This document shows positions 37,223 to 48,069 of a DNA stretch of 64,000 nt, one piece after another (positions within the stretch are counted from its first letter, which is position 1; every line of letters begins with the position of its first letter). The DNA is taken from NCBI GenBank assembly GCA_028289135.1, contig JAQGGW010000005.1, positions 70,758 through 134,757 of the forward strand. The letters run 5' to 3'. The DNA comes from Candidatus Saccharimonadota bacterium. Lineage in GTDB: Bacteria > Patescibacteriota > Saccharimonadia > Saccharimonadales > JACDBH01. Both the position numbers and the translations under genes were made by a program. The notes under the pieces were generated by a model. It was not told where the DNA came from and searched no databases. It saw only the letters and a list, made by a program, of their open reading frames with translations.

Positions 37223-38104
37223 ATGCTCGGCTTTATTCTTGCCACAGTTAGTTCATTTTTCTATAGCTTTTATGTCGTTCCTCGAAAGCTGTCGAAATTA
37301 AAGCCACTCGATTTCAGCTTTCTTATGGCTATGGCCTTTTTTGTCTGTTCAACCGTATTATATTTAGTACAACATCTATTTAATTTTCAGGAAAAATTAT
37401 CACCTATATTACTTTTATCTGTCTTGGCCGGCGCGATCTGGGCTTTTGCGTTCGTAACTTTTGTAAAAGCCATAGATTCTATCGGTTTGTCACGCTCTAA
37501 TCAATGGAAAAATCTGCAGGGACCTATTGCCGCAGTTCTTAGCCTTATCATATTGTCCGAATGGAAGACGACAAGGCCAGTTTTTGTTATTCTAGCCGGC
37601 TTGGCCGTTTTTATATCTGCTCTCTGTTTTACGATTTCAAGTTCAAAAGAAGAGGCCAAAGCCCACCGCGCAGGAGCATATTTGGCGGTTCTAGCCGGCG
37701 TTGGTTTTGGAATCGTAGCAGTCATGCAGAAATACGTTACAACTCATACGGGCGTATACACCCAACAGATGGTTTGGAGTTTTTCGATATTTATTTGCCT
37801 AGGTACTTATATTTTGGCCAGAGGTAAAAAGCTACCACGACTGCAGCTATATAACACTGACACTAAATTGGCCTTAGGTGCTGGTGTGCTTTATTTGGGT
37901 GCGAGTTTTTTTCAGCTTCAATCATATAAACATCTACCAGCATCAATTGCATTTACAGTTATCCAGCTAAATACGGTTTGGACAATAGCTATAGGCGTAT
38001 ATTATTTCAAAGAGATTTCGGCTAAAAAGTATTACAGGCGTCTTATTTTAGGAATGATCTTTGCCCTATCAGGCATTGGCGCCTTGGCACTAGCAAAAAA
38101 GTAG
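37223..38104 (+). CDS. EamA/DMT-superfamily transporter (10 TM; GRP/RbsU-like)
   Basis: 293 aa with two 5-TM halves. Confidence 0.5.
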   Translation: MLGFILATVSSFFYSFYVVPRKLSKLKPLDFSFLMAMAFFVCSTVLYLVQHLFNFQEKLSPILLLSVLAGAIWAFAFVTFVKAIDSIGLSRSNQWKNLQGPIAAVLSLIILSEWKTTRPVFVILAGLAVFISALCFTISSSKEEAKAHRAGAYLAVLAGVGFGIVAVMQKYVTTHTGVYTQQMVWSFSIFICLGTYILARGKKLPRLQLYNTDTKLALGAGVLYLGASFFQLQSYKHLPASIAFTVIQLNTVWTIAIGVYYFKEISAKKYYRRLILGMIFALSGIGALALAKK

Positions 38105-38171
38105 CTACAATATAAATGAATTAATTTTGGTCTATTATCTCTGTTAAAGTGGTGCTATAGTAGGGAGACAA

Positions 38172-38462
38172 ATGGCAAATCTTACCCGCGAGGATATCTT
38201 AAAACTGGCCAAGCTTTCGCGGCTGAAGCTGAGTGATGCCGAGGTCGAGGAATTTACAGCCGAGATAAGCGAGATTTTACAGTACGTCCAGATGCTGGAT
38301 GATGTTGATACAACTGGGCTCAAGCCAACATATCAGGTCACGGGTCTTACGAACGTCTCCCGTCCGGACGAAATAAGTGACTACGGAATAAGCCAAGAAG
38401 ATCTGCTCAAAAACCTGCCCGCCCGCGACAAAAACTATATTAAAGTCAGGAAGATGCTCTAA
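38172..38462 (+). CDS. gatC: Asp/Glu-tRNA amidotransferase subunit C
   Basis: 96 aa. ...ILQYVQMLDDVDT... Followed by gatA. Confidence 0.8.
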   Translation: MANLTREDILKLAKLSRLKLSDAEVEEFTAEISEILQYVQMLDDVDTTGLKPTYQVTGLTNVSRPDEISDYGISQEDLLKNLPARDKNYIKVRKML

Positions 38463-39886
38463 TGGATACATGGGCACCTATTGCAGACATTGCAGCCGCT
38501 GTTAATGATGGTAAAACAACGGCATCAGAAAACGTTGAAAAAGCTCTCCAAAACATTGAAGACAAAGCAGAATTTAAGGCCATTATTTCATTGACCGCCG
38601 ACCGGGCCCGCAAGCGTGCAAAGCAAATTGACGAGCATGTTAAGTCAGGCAAACCAGCTGGCCGTTTAGCCGGAGTGCCATTTATTGCGAAAGACAACTT
38701 CTTAACATTTGGCGGCGAGACAACAGCTGCCAGCAATATCTTAAAAGGTTTTAATGCGCCATATCAGTCAACGGCTGTTGAAAATCTTGAGGCCGAAGGC
38801 GCTATCTGCGTTGCAAAGGCAAACTTGGACGCTTTCGCCCATGGTTCATCGACCGAAAACAGCGACTTTTTTACGACCCTAAACCCGCATGACAAAACCC
38901 GTGTACCGGGTGGTAGCTCTGGCGGCTCGGCAGCCGCTGTTGTGCTTGGAATGGCTCCGTTTGCGCTTGGCAGCGACACTGGCGGTTCAATCCGCTTACC
39001 GGCTAGCTTTACAGGGTGCGTAGGCTACAAGCCAACCTATGGCTTGGTTTCTCGCAGCGGCGTAGTGGCAATGGCGAGCAGCTTGGACTGTATCGGGCCA
39101 TTTGCACGTACTGTTTCCGACGCGGCGATAGTATTGGATGTTATGAGCGGCAAAGATCCACTCGACAGTACCACCATAGAGCGGAGTAAGAATTCTTACA
39201 CAGATCTTGAGTTGGACGTTGAAGGGAAAACCATTGGCATCATTAAAGAATACATGGGCGAAGGGCTTGAACCCGAGGTTCGCAAGCTTATTGATGCTGG
39301 TGTTGAAAAGCTAAAAAATGCTGGCGCAGTTATTAAAGAAGTCAGCCTGCCGTCTTTGCCATTAGCCCTGGCAGTTTACTACATCATTTGCCCTGCCGAA
39401 GTCAGCAGTAACTTAAGCCGTTACGACGGACAGCGTTTTGGCTACAGTGACCTGGATGCAAAGACCCTTGAAGAAAGCTACGAAATGAGCCGAGAAAAAG
39501 GCTTTGGCCGCGAGGCTAAGCGCCGGATTATGATTGGCACCTACGTCTTAAGTTCGGGCTACTACGACGCGTATTATAAAAAGGCCCAGACGGTGCGCAC
39601 AAAACTTATTAATGAATTTAGTGCAGCATTTAAAGAAGTGGACTTCTTGCTTGGGCCAACCGCACCATCTACCGCATTCAAGATTGGTGAAAATGTTGAT
39701 GATCCGCTAAAGATGTATTTGATAGACATTATGACTGTGGCAGCTAACCTTGTGGGCGTTCCAAGCATCAGCGTGCCATGTGGCATGGTCGAGGGCTTGC
39801 CAGTTGGCCTTCAGCTAATGGCCGCACAGACATGCGACCGTGAGCTCCTGAGCCTCGCCAAAGCATTTGAGGAGCTAAACGTATGA
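38462..39886 (+). CDS. gatA: Asp/Glu-tRNA amidotransferase subunit A
   Basis: Amidase signature GGSSGGSAAAVV with the Ser-cisSer-Lys triad context. Confidence 0.9.
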   Translation: MDTWAPIADIAAAVNDGKTTASENVEKALQNIEDKAEFKAIISLTADRARKRAKQIDEHVKSGKPAGRLAGVPFIAKDNFLTFGGETTAASNILKGFNAPYQSTAVENLEAEGAICVAKANLDAFAHGSSTENSDFFTTLNPHDKTRVPGGSSGGSAAAVVLGMAPFALGSDTGGSIRLPASFTGCVGYKPTYGLVSRSGVVAMASSLDCIGPFARTVSDAAIVLDVMSGKDPLDSTTIERSKNSYTDLELDVEGKTIGIIKEYMGEGLEPEVRKLIDAGVEKLKNAGAVIKEVSLPSLPLALAVYYIICPAEVSSNLSRYDGQRFGYSDLDAKTLEESYEMSREKGFGREAKRRIMIGTYVLSSGYYDAYYKKAQTVRTKLINEFSAAFKEVDFLLGPTAPSTAFKIGENVDDPLKMYLIDIMTVAANLVGVPSISVPCGMVEGLPVGLQLMAAQTCDRELLSLAKAFEELNV

Positions 39887-40290
39887 GCGCCGAGGTTTTG
39901 ATCGCGGTAATTGGCGCGGCCGTCGCGCTGGCTGGCCTGGTTACATTCTTTTTAAAACGACCCAAGAAAGATCTGGACCGCCAGCATTTCCGCAAACAAT
40001 GGAAAGAGCTGCAAAAACAGTGTGCCAAGGCCGAAACCTGGGCGCTGGCCGTTATCCAGGCTGATTCACTGCTGGACGAAGCTCTCAAGAAAAAGCGCTT
40101 TAAAGGCAAGACTATGGGCGAGCGATTGGTTTCGGCACAGCGTTCTTTGACCAACAACGACGGTGTCTGGTTTGGCCATAAACTTCGCAACCAGCTGGTG
40201 CATCAGACAGACGTAGCGCTGCGCGAAAAAGACATCCGCCACGCGCTAATTGGCATTGGCCAGGCGCTGAAAGATTTGGGAGCATTATGA
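39883..40290 (+). CDS. hypothetical membrane-anchored protein inserted between gatA and gatB
   Basis: 135 aa. N-terminal TM (VLIAVIGAAVALAGLVTFFL), then a charged helical domain. ATGA overlaps on both sides. Confidence 0.45.
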   Translation: MSAEVLIAVIGAAVALAGLVTFFLKRPKKDLDRQHFRKQWKELQKQCAKAETWALAVIQADSLLDEALKKKRFKGKTMGERLVSAQRSLTNNDGVWFGHKLRNQLVHQTDVALREKDIRHALIGIGQALKDLGAL

Positions 40291-41723
40291 GCGATTACAT
40301 AACGACAATTGGTATTGAGTGCCATGTGCAGCTTAAAACCAAGACAAAACTGTTTGCCGCTGTCGACAATGACGCCCGCGGCGCCGAGCCAAATACACTA
40401 ATTTCACATATTTGCCTTGGCCTGCCTGGCGCACTGCCAGTACTAAACGACAAAGCTGTTGAGCTGGCATCTCGTGCCGCCTTCGCTCTCAACACTAAGC
40501 CCCAACCCTTTAGCAAATTTGACCGCAAGCATTATTTTTATCCCGACCTGCCGATGGGTTATCAGATTACACAGTTCGAAGAGCCTGTTGTACTTGGCGG
40601 CCATGTTGACATTGTGGTCAACGGCGAGCAAAAGCGGATCGGCATAACCCGTGCGCACCTTGAAGCCGACGCCGGCAAGTCCACTCATCCAGCTGGAACT
40701 GACTATTCTTTAGTTGATCTTAACCGTGCCGGTACGCCATTGCTCGAGATTGTCAGCGAGCCAGACATGCATTCATCCGCCGAAGCCCGCGCCTTTGCGC
40801 ACGAGCTTTATTTGCTTATGAAATACGCTGGTGTTGGTGATGCTGATTTATACCATGGCAATATGCGGTTTGATGTAAATGTAAGTGTTAGTAAAGATCC
40901 AAATGTGCTTGGCACAAGAAGTGAAACCAAAAACCTAAACTCATTTAAAAGCGTTGAAAAGGCAGTTGAATACGAAGTAAAACGCCAGATTGAAGTCCTG
41001 GAAGAAGGCGGAGAAGTTGTCCAGGAAACCCGCGGCTGGGACGACACCAAACTGGCAACTTTTAGCCAGCGGACAAAAGAAGACGCCCATGATTACCGTT
41101 ATTTCCCAGACCCTGACTTGCCGCCGATTGAGCTGGACCAGGCGTTTATTGACAGCGTAGAAAAGTCCATGAACATGTTGCCGGCAGAGTACCGCACTCA
41201 GTTTGCGGGGCTTGGAATTGATCCAAAAGTTGTCGAAGATATTGTTAACGTGCCCGAAACGGCGCAGTTAGTGGCGAGGATTCTTGAAACCTCGGGCGGC
41301 GAACATGCCAAGCGTATCGCTTTTTGGACAGTGCAAAAAACTGACGACAACAGCGACGATGCGCAGGCAGCTGAACCTGATGTCAAAGTGGACGACAAAA
41401 ACCTTGTTAAGCTTTCAGAGCTTGTTTCAGCCAACAAGCTGAGCTCAACCGCTGCCAAAGAAGTCTTAAAAGAAATGCAAAAAACCAATGGCGATCCAGA
41501 AGCTATCGCGACTGCAAAAAACCTTATCCAAGAGTCAAACGAAGACGAACTGGCCAAAATTGTCGCCGAGATTTTAGCCGCCAACGAAAAGGCGGCTGAA
41601 GACGTTAAAAATGGCGAAATGAAAGCCATCGGCTTTTTGGTTGGGCAAGTTATGAAGGCCAGCCAAGGCAAAGCCAACCCAGGCATTGTCCAGCAAATTA
41701 TCAAGAAACAGCTTAATATATGA
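40287..41723 (+). CDS. gatB: Asp/Glu-tRNA amidotransferase subunit B
   Basis: MSDYITTIGIECHVQLKT, a GatB N-terminus, plus the C-terminal YqeY-like domain. Confidence 0.9.
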   Translation: MSDYITTIGIECHVQLKTKTKLFAAVDNDARGAEPNTLISHICLGLPGALPVLNDKAVELASRAAFALNTKPQPFSKFDRKHYFYPDLPMGYQITQFEEPVVLGGHVDIVVNGEQKRIGITRAHLEADAGKSTHPAGTDYSLVDLNRAGTPLLEIVSEPDMHSSAEARAFAHELYLLMKYAGVGDADLYHGNMRFDVNVSVSKDPNVLGTRSETKNLNSFKSVEKAVEYEVKRQIEVLEEGGEVVQETRGWDDTKLATFSQRTKEDAHDYRYFPDPDLPPIELDQAFIDSVEKSMNMLPAEYRTQFAGLGIDPKVVEDIVNVPETAQLVARILETSGGEHAKRIAFWTVQKTDDNSDDAQAAEPDVKVDDKNLVKLSELVSANKLSSTAAKEVLKEMQKTNGDPEAIATAKNLIQESNEDELAKIVAEILAANEKAAEDVKNGEMKAIGFLVGQVMKASQGKANPGIVQQIIKKQLNI

Positions 41724-42274
41724 GCCACTGGAAAAAAACCAAAACAACAGAGCAAAAAGTCGGTTTTAAAACAGTAACCATTAAAGAATTTGAGATGCCA
41801 GACGGGAGAGCCGAAGTTTATACGACTTGGAATAAAGCTAATACAAACAGTGTTGCAACTATTGCACTTACCAAAGATAACCAAGTTGTAATTGCAAGGC
41901 AATTCCGTCCAGGCCCAGAGGCAATGTTTGACGAAATACCAGGAGGAGGTGTAGATCCTGGTGAAGACCTTGAATCCGCCGCCCGGCGTGAGCTGCGTGA
42001 AGAAACAGGTTACGAAACAGATGAGCCTTTCCAATATCTTGGCGTAACTTGCCGTGACGCCTATACAAACGAGCGTAACCATTATTTTTTAGCACGCCGT
42101 TGCACCCAGACAGTCCTGCAGAGTTTGGATGCAACCGAACATATTGAAATTACTCTGATTTCAGTTAAGCAGTTATTTGAAAACGCTAAAAGTGCTAAAA
42201 TGAGTGATTCACTAGACTTGTTACTTGCATATAAAGATTTAGAGGAGATATTAGATGCCGAAAAAAGTCACTAA
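41720..42274 (+). CDS. NUDIX hydrolase
   Basis: Nudix box GGGVDPGEDLESAARRELREETGY. Confidence 0.7.
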   Translation: MSHWKKTKTTEQKVGFKTVTIKEFEMPDGRAEVYTTWNKANTNSVATIALTKDNQVVIARQFRPGPEAMFDEIPGGGVDPGEDLESAARRELREETGYETDEPFQYLGVTCRDAYTNERNHYFLARRCTQTVLQSLDATEHIEITLISVKQLFENAKSAKMSDSLDLLLAYKDLEEILDAEKSH

Positions 42275-43148
42275 GGCCGTTATTGCCGCTGCCGGATTTG
42301 GTACCCGTTTCTTGCCGCAGACAAAGGCAATGCCTAAGGAAATGCTGCCGCTGATCGACAAGCCAATTATCCAGTATGTCGTTGAGGAGCTAGTCGAGGC
42401 TGGGATTAAAGATATAATTATTGTTACGGGCTACCACAAACGATCTATTGAAGACCACTTTGACCAGATGAGCGCCGACTTGCGTGAAAACTTAGAGCAG
42501 GGTCATAAGGCAGAGCTTTTGGAGCAAACAAAGTCCATTTCCCACCTGGCAAACTTTGCTTATGTTCGTCAAAAAGGTTCATACGGCAGCGCCACACCGC
42601 TTTTAAACATTGCGCATTTAATAGGTGACGAACCTTTCATCTACACTTTTGCTGATGATCTTATTCCATCTGAGCCAAACCGGTTCACACAAATGATGAA
42701 GCTTTATGATGAATTTCAATGCACCATTCTTCCATGCCGGAAATTAGAAGAGGAAGCAGAATATGGTCGCTATGGTGTGGTAAGCGGCGAAGTTATACGA
42801 GAAGGCGTGCTAAAACTAGACGGTATTGTTGAAAAACCGGGAAGTAAAGACAAGGCTCCGTCGGATATGGGAAGTATTGGCGGCTACTTATTAACACCTG
42901 AAATTTTCCCCTATATCAACAAAGCGGCCGATAATTTGCCGGTAGATAAAGAATTTTATCTTACTACCTATGGACTTGAACCAATGCTAAAGGATCATAT
43001 TGCAATGTATGGCTGCACACTTACTAATAGTAAATACTACGACACGGGCAATAAATTAGAATATTTGAAAACAGTAGTGGATTATGCGCTGAAGCGGGAT
43101 GATATTGGCCCAGATTTTAAGGCATATTTGCATACTGTTTTAAATTGA
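42255..43148 (+). CDS. galU: UTP--glucose-1-phosphate uridylyltransferase
   Basis: AAGFGTRFLPQTKAMPKEMLP. Confidence 0.85.
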   Translation: MPKKVTKAVIAAAGFGTRFLPQTKAMPKEMLPLIDKPIIQYVVEELVEAGIKDIIIVTGYHKRSIEDHFDQMSADLRENLEQGHKAELLEQTKSISHLANFAYVRQKGSYGSATPLLNIAHLIGDEPFIYTFADDLIPSEPNRFTQMMKLYDEFQCTILPCRKLEEEAEYGRYGVVSGEVIREGVLKLDGIVEKPGSKDKAPSDMGSIGGYLLTPEIFPYINKAADNLPVDKEFYLTTYGLEPMLKDHIAMYGCTLTNSKYYDTGNKLEYLKTVVDYALKRDDIGPDFKAYLHTVLN

Positions 43149-43193
43149 TAGATTTATTACAAACAAAATTTGTGAAAGGGGTATACTAAACTC

Positions 43194-43472
43194 ATGAATA
43201 CAGCCGAGCAAATCCTCGTAATTGTCCTAGCGGCGTTCCTAGCCCTATTTATTGGTCTCTCAATCGCCTTGGTAGTAACTCTTATGAAACTCGTCAAAAA
43301 AATGCACATGGTAGCAGACGATGCCCAAGAAATTGTTGGAAAAGCCCGGGAAATAGCGGGAAAAGTAGATAGTGTATCTGATATGTTTAAAAAAACCGCA
43401 GGGCCACTGGCGTTTGGTAAGTTTTTTATAAACATGGCCGAAACAGTGGCTAAGCATAAAAGGGAGAAATAG
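43194..43472 (+). CDS. small membrane protein (DUF948-like: TM plus coiled coil)
   Basis: 92 aa. An N-terminal TM followed by a helical region. Confidence 0.4.
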   Translation: MNTAEQILVIVLAAFLALFIGLSIALVVTLMKLVKKMHMVADDAQEIVGKAREIAGKVDSVSDMFKKTAGPLAFGKFFINMAETVAKHKREK

Positions 43473-43474
43473 AT

Positions 43475-43885
43475 ATGTCCAAAGATTCAGCAGGGAAAAA
43501 AGTAGCAATCGGCGCCGCAGTAGCAGGCGTAGCAGGCTTTGTAGCCGGTATATTGGCAGCCCCAAAAAGCGGTAAAGAGACACGCAAAGACATTAAAAAT
43601 GCGGCCGTAAAGGTAAAGTCTGATGCCGAAAAGAACTTAAAAAATGTACATAGCGAACTAAATGCCCGCCTGGCAGAAGCAAAAACCCGCGGCGGAGAAC
43701 TTTCTGGCAAAGCCAAAGAAGAATATGACATGATTACCGAAAAGGCTAAAGCTGCTAAAGAAAAAGTCCGCAACGTTTTGAGCAATATGCACGACGGCGA
43801 TTCTGATGATCCAGACCTTAAAAAGGCACTGAGCGACGGAAAAGATTCACTGAAGAATCTAGAGAAGTATTCAAAGAGCAAATAG
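43475..43885 (+). CDS. YtxH-family protein
   Basis: TM followed by APKSGKETRKDIK, matching the YtxH consensus, then a Lys/Ala-rich coiled coil. Confidence 0.55.
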   Translation: MSKDSAGKKVAIGAAVAGVAGFVAGILAAPKSGKETRKDIKNAAVKVKSDAEKNLKNVHSELNARLAEAKTRGGELSGKAKEEYDMITEKAKAAKEKVRNVLSNMHDGDSDDPDLKKALSDGKDSLKNLEKYSKSK

Positions 43886-43895
43886 AGTTCTAAAA

Positions 43896-44156
43896 GTGAA
43901 AAAGAAAAAGACGCCAAAAGAGTACGAAGATTTGGGCCGGGCTGTAGCATCAATTTTCGAAACCGGCTACCTGGACAAAAAGCAGGCTTATAAAACCAGT
44001 TTTATCAAAGGTGTCTTTGGCGGTTTAGGCGGAGTAATTGGCGCAACGGTATTAGTAGCTCTTCTCATATGGATATTGTCATTATTCAGTAGCGTGCCAC
44101 TAGTCGGACATTTGACTGATAAGATTAACAAAACAGTCGAAAGTGCAAAAAAGTAG
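43896..44156 (+). CDS. small membrane protein, hypothetical
   Basis: 86 aa. Gly-rich GVFGGLGGVIGATVLVALLIWIL. Confidence 0.35.
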   Translation: MKKKKTPKEYEDLGRAVASIFETGYLDKKQAYKTSFIKGVFGGLGGVIGATVLVALLIWILSLFSSVPLVGHLTDKINKTVESAKK

Positions 44157-44224
44157 TATTAAGATTTTATTACAACGTAGTCGTGCTCGTTTTAGCGTAA
44201 GAATTTCCTTATACTATATAGACT

Positions 44225-47200
44225 ATGGGGGAAGCTAAAACCGTCTTAAAGCCGAGCGACTATGTGCATCTGCATAATCACTCGCATTACAGCCTGCTGG
44301 ACGGGCTGAGTAAAGTGCCGGACATGGTCGGCCGAACCATCGATATGGGCATGGAAGCAATTGCCCTCACCGACCATGGAACCCTGAGCGGTTCGATCGA
44401 ATTTTATAAAGAAGCCAAGGCGCGCGGAATTAACCCAGTTTTAGGAATCGAGACCTACGTTGCATCGCGGGCGCACACTGACAAAGACGCCAGCAAGGAC
44501 AAAGTTTATTACCATTTGATTTTGCTGGCCATGAACCACAAAGGCTACCAAAACCTAATGCAGCTTTCGACCATCGCTAACCTGCAGGGTTTTTATTACA
44601 AACCACGGATTGACCACGAACTGCTTGAGAAGTACAACGAAGGCCTGATAGTGCTTAGTGCCTGTATTGGCGGGGAGATTGGCGACAGCCTGCGCCAAGG
44701 ACAGTACGACCAGGCCAAAAAAACGGCCGAGTGGTACAAAAGTGTCTTTGGAGACAGGTATTATCTGGAGCTTCAAGACCACGGGCATCCAGAGCATCCC
44801 GCAAAGTGGGATGAGCAGGTGGCCGTGACCACGGAGACTTTAAAGCTGGCTAAGGAGCTAGATATACCGCTGGTCGTCACCTGTGACGCGCATTATTTGA
44901 CCCACGCCGACCAAGAAGCCCACGAGATCCTACTGTGCGTCCAGACAGGTTCATTTTTGTCAGACGAGAAGCGGATGAGCCTTAAAAACTTTGAGCTGCA
45001 CATTACCGATCCTAAGGAAGTTATTAAGCGCTGGGGCAAAGATCATCCTGAAGCCATTGCCAATACCCGAGCCATTGCCGAGCGCTGTAATGTAGAGATA
45101 GAGCTTGGTAAAATTTTAATCCCCAAGTTCCCGGTGCCAAAAGGCGAGGACGAAAAGTCTTATCTGCATAAGCTTGTTTGGCGTGGATTGGCATGGAGAT
45201 ATGCAGGGGTTGAATTGGAAGCAAGCACCAAGCTAAGCATTGCGGAAGCGCGGAAGGCTATCAAGCCAGAGATTGTCGTGCGCGCTGATTATGAGTTGGG
45301 GATCATGGACTCGATGGGATTCAACGGCTACTTTTTAATTGTCCAAGACTTTATTACCTGGGGCAAAGACCAGGGCATTATTTTTGGTCCAGGGCGAGGA
45401 TCGGCAGCTGGGTCGATTGTTGCCTACGCCCTTCGGATTACCGAAATCGAACCGCTAACCTACAGCCTAATGTTCGAAAGATTTTTGAACCCAAGCCGCA
45501 TTAGCATGCCGGATATTGACATTGATATCCAGGATACGCGTCGTGATGAAGTTATTCAGTATTGTATTGGAAAGTACGGCGCTAATAGAGTGGCAAACAT
45601 CGTCACTTTTGGTAAAATGGCGGCTCGTAACGCCGTCCGCGACGTTGCCCGGGTATTGCAGGTGCCGTATTCGGAAGCCGTCCGCCTAGCCAAAATGATC
45701 CCGCCGCCAGTACAAGGCCGCCATATTTTGCTGTCTAAGTCATTGGTGGATAACGCCGAACTTAAGGCCGAAAATGAGACAAACGAACAGTCCGCCAGGG
45801 TTTTTGCGCTGGCCGTAAAGCTGGAAGGCACCATCCGTTCTCACGGCGTACACGCGGCCGGTGTGGTGATTGCGCCCGATGACATTGTAAAGTTCGCGCC
45901 TCTTGAAATGGCGCAAAAGGGCGTCGTCTCCACCCAGTATTCTATGAACCCCATTGAAGAACTTGGGCTTCTTAAAATGGACTTTTTGGGTCTATCTAAC
46001 CTAACGATAATTAAAAACGCGCTTCGTATTATCAAAAGAGTTTATAAAGAAGACATTGACCTAAGCAAAATCCCGACTAATGACAAAATGACCTTTGAGC
46101 TGCTCCAGCGGGCCGATACAACCGGAGTGTTCCAGCTGGAGTCATCCGGCATGAAGCGATATTTAAAAGAGCTTAAGCCAACCTTGTTCGAAGACATTAT
46201 CGCCATGGGCGCGCTTTACCGGCCTGGTCCAATGTCGGAAATCCCGCGGTTTATTGAGGGCAAAAACCACCCAAGCTCCATTACATATCTGCATGAATCT
46301 TTGGAGCCAATTCTAAAAGATACATACGGCGTGATGGTTTACCAGGAGCAGATTATTAAGCTGCTGCAGATGGTGGCCGGCTATACTCCTGGCGAGGCTG
46401 ACTTGGTGCGGAAGGCGATCGGAAAAAAGAAACGCGAAATTATGGAGGCAGAAGAGCCAAAGTTTGTCGAGGGTTGTATAAAACAAGGTCTTAGCAGGAC
46501 GGGTGCCCAAAAGCTGTGGGCGCAAATCCAGCCTTTTGCCGACTATTCGTTTAATAAGGCCCATGCGACTTGCTATGCCCAGATATCCTACTGGACCGCC
46601 TACCTAAAGGCGCACTTCCCAGCGGCATTTATGGCGGCGCTGATGACCAGCGATTATGACGACATTGACCGTTTGGCGATTGAAATTACAGAGTGCAAGC
46701 ACATGGGCATTGAAGTTTTGCCGCCGGATGTCAACGAGTCTTTTGTGGAGTTTGCCGTGGTGCCAACTGGCGACCCAATGCACGACCCAATCCGTTTTGG
46801 AATGAACGCCGTAAAAAACGTAGGCACAGGCGCGGTGGAAGAAATTTTGCGTGGGCGCACCGCGGGCATATTTAATACTTTAGAAGAGTTCTTTTCAAGA
46901 GTTAACCCACGCGTCGTGAACCGTAAGGCGCTGGAAAGCCTTGTTAAAGCGGGTGCTTTTGACCGTTACGGATCGCGCAATTCGTTGCTGCATAACATCG
47001 ACAACTGCCTGGCATTCGCGGCCCGGATCCAAAAAGAATCACTCAGCGGCCAGGAAGACTTGTTTGGCAACGCGCTCGAGATCCCAGAGCATATGAAACC
47101 CAAAATTAACCTGGAAAAGGGCGGTATCGAATACACGTCCGCCGAGCAGTTAAAGTGGGAACGCGAACTGTTGGGATTATATCTTTCGCAGCATCCGTTG

Positions 47201-47863
47201 AAGGCTTTTGAAGTTTATCTAGAAGAGCTGGCTTTGCCAATTGGCGATCTGAAACCAGAGATGGACAGCCGGCTAACGGTAATTGGCGGTGCTGTCACCG
47301 ACATGCGCGAAATTGTCACCAAAACTGGCCAAAAAATGGCTTTTGTAAAGATTGCCGATATGAGCGGTGAAGTTGAGCTGGTGCTTTTCCCGACAGTCTA
47401 CCAACAGACGGCCGGTATCTGGGAACGCGACCGGGTACTTTTGGTTCGCGGCAAAGTTAATGCCAAGGACCGCGTAACGGGCGAGTTGATGCAGGACATT
47501 AAGATCTTAGCCGACGAAGCCCGTGAGATAACGCACGAACAAGCCGCAGCCTACCAGTCCACCGGCAAACGCCAAAAGGTACCTTCTGTAAAACCCTCTG
47601 CTTCCATGGCTAAAAAGGCTCCAGTTGAATCCGCCAAAAACAAACGCGTTTATGTGCGCCTCCAAAACAGCCAGGACGCCGAAATGCTTACTGCACTTAA
47701 GCGGATTATGGACGAATTTAGCGGTGCCACCGAAGTGGTATTGGTGCTCGGTGAAAACGACAAAAAACAAATTATCAAACTCCCAACCGGTCTTGAACCG
47801 TCCGAAGACGCCATCGGCCAGCTCCGCACTGCCATGGGCAGCAACCAGGTCGTTATTCAGTAG
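44225..47863 (+). CDS. dnaE: DNA polymerase III alpha subunit
   Basis: PHP domain HLHNHSHYSLLDG, the polymerase core, and an OB-fold. Confidence 0.92.
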   Translation: MGEAKTVLKPSDYVHLHNHSHYSLLDGLSKVPDMVGRTIDMGMEAIALTDHGTLSGSIEFYKEAKARGINPVLGIETYVASRAHTDKDASKDKVYYHLILLAMNHKGYQNLMQLSTIANLQGFYYKPRIDHELLEKYNEGLIVLSACIGGEIGDSLRQGQYDQAKKTAEWYKSVFGDRYYLELQDHGHPEHPAKWDEQVAVTTETLKLAKELDIPLVVTCDAHYLTHADQEAHEILLCVQTGSFLSDEKRMSLKNFELHITDPKEVIKRWGKDHPEAIANTRAIAERCNVEIELGKILIPKFPVPKGEDEKSYLHKLVWRGLAWRYAGVELEASTKLSIAEARKAIKPEIVVRADYELGIMDSMGFNGYFLIVQDFITWGKDQGIIFGPGRGSAAGSIVAYALRITEIEPLTYSLMFERFLNPSRISMPDIDIDIQDTRRDEVIQYCIGKYGANRVANIVTFGKMAARNAVRDVARVLQVPYSEAVRLAKMIPPPVQGRHILLSKSLVDNAELKAENETNEQSARVFALAVKLEGTIRSHGVHAAGVVIAPDDIVKFAPLEMAQKGVVSTQYSMNPIEELGLLKMDFLGLSNLTIIKNALRIIKRVYKEDIDLSKIPTNDKMTFELLQRADTTGVFQLESSGMKRYLKELKPTLFEDIIAMGALYRPGPMSEIPRFIEGKNHPSSITYLHESLEPILKDTYGVMVYQEQIIKLLQMVAGYTPGEADLVRKAIGKKKREIMEAEEPKFVEGCIKQGLSRTGAQKLWAQIQPFADYSFNKAHATCYAQISYWTAYLKAHFPAAFMAALMTSDYDDIDRLAIEITECKHMGIEVLPPDVNESFVEFAVVPTGDPMHDPIRFGMNAVKNVGTGAVEEILRGRTAGIFNTLEEFFSRVNPRVVNRKALESLVKAGAFDRYGSRNSLLHNIDNCLAFAARIQKESLSGQEDLFGNALEIPEHMKPKINLEKGGIEYTSAEQLKWERELLGLYLSQHPLKAFEVYLEELALPIGDLKPEMDSRLTVIGGAVTDMREIVTKTGQKMAFVKIADMSGEVELVLFPTVYQQTAGIWERDRVLLVRGKVNAKDRVTGELMQDIKILADEAREITHEQAAAYQSTGKRQKVPSVKPSASMAKKAPVESAKNKRVYVRLQNSQDAEMLTALKRIMDEFSGATEVVLVLGENDKKQIIKLPTGLEPSEDAIGQLRTAMGSNQVVIQ

Positions 47864-47890
47864 GTTCTCTTATTTAAACTTTTTACTCCT

Positions 47891-48032
47891 GACAGTCTTT
47901 ATCCTTGGAAGTTTCGGCACATTGATTTAGCCGCTGGAGACAGTTTTACGCTATTAAATCAATGTGCCGAAACTTCCCGCCACACTCACTGTGTTGTTTA
48001 AAGTCTTGTGAAGCCCCCGGATGGGGCTTCAC
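47891..48032. repeat. two-hairpin repeat element, copy B (perfect 23-bp inverted repeat)
   Basis: ggaagtttcggcacattgattta (47907-47929), loop 47930-47954, and an exact reverse complement at 47955-47977. Then GTGAAGCCCC-cggat-GGGGCTTCAC (48008-48032). Confidence 0.55.
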
Positions 48033-48069
48033 GGGGAGTGAGTAGCAAAAGAGTGACAAGCGTCCGCAA

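Noticed and set aside
41198-42082. 294-aa minus-strand ORF spanning the gatB 3' end and the NUDIX gene
   Set aside because: It is antisense to two conserved + strand genes, and it has no RBS and no motif.
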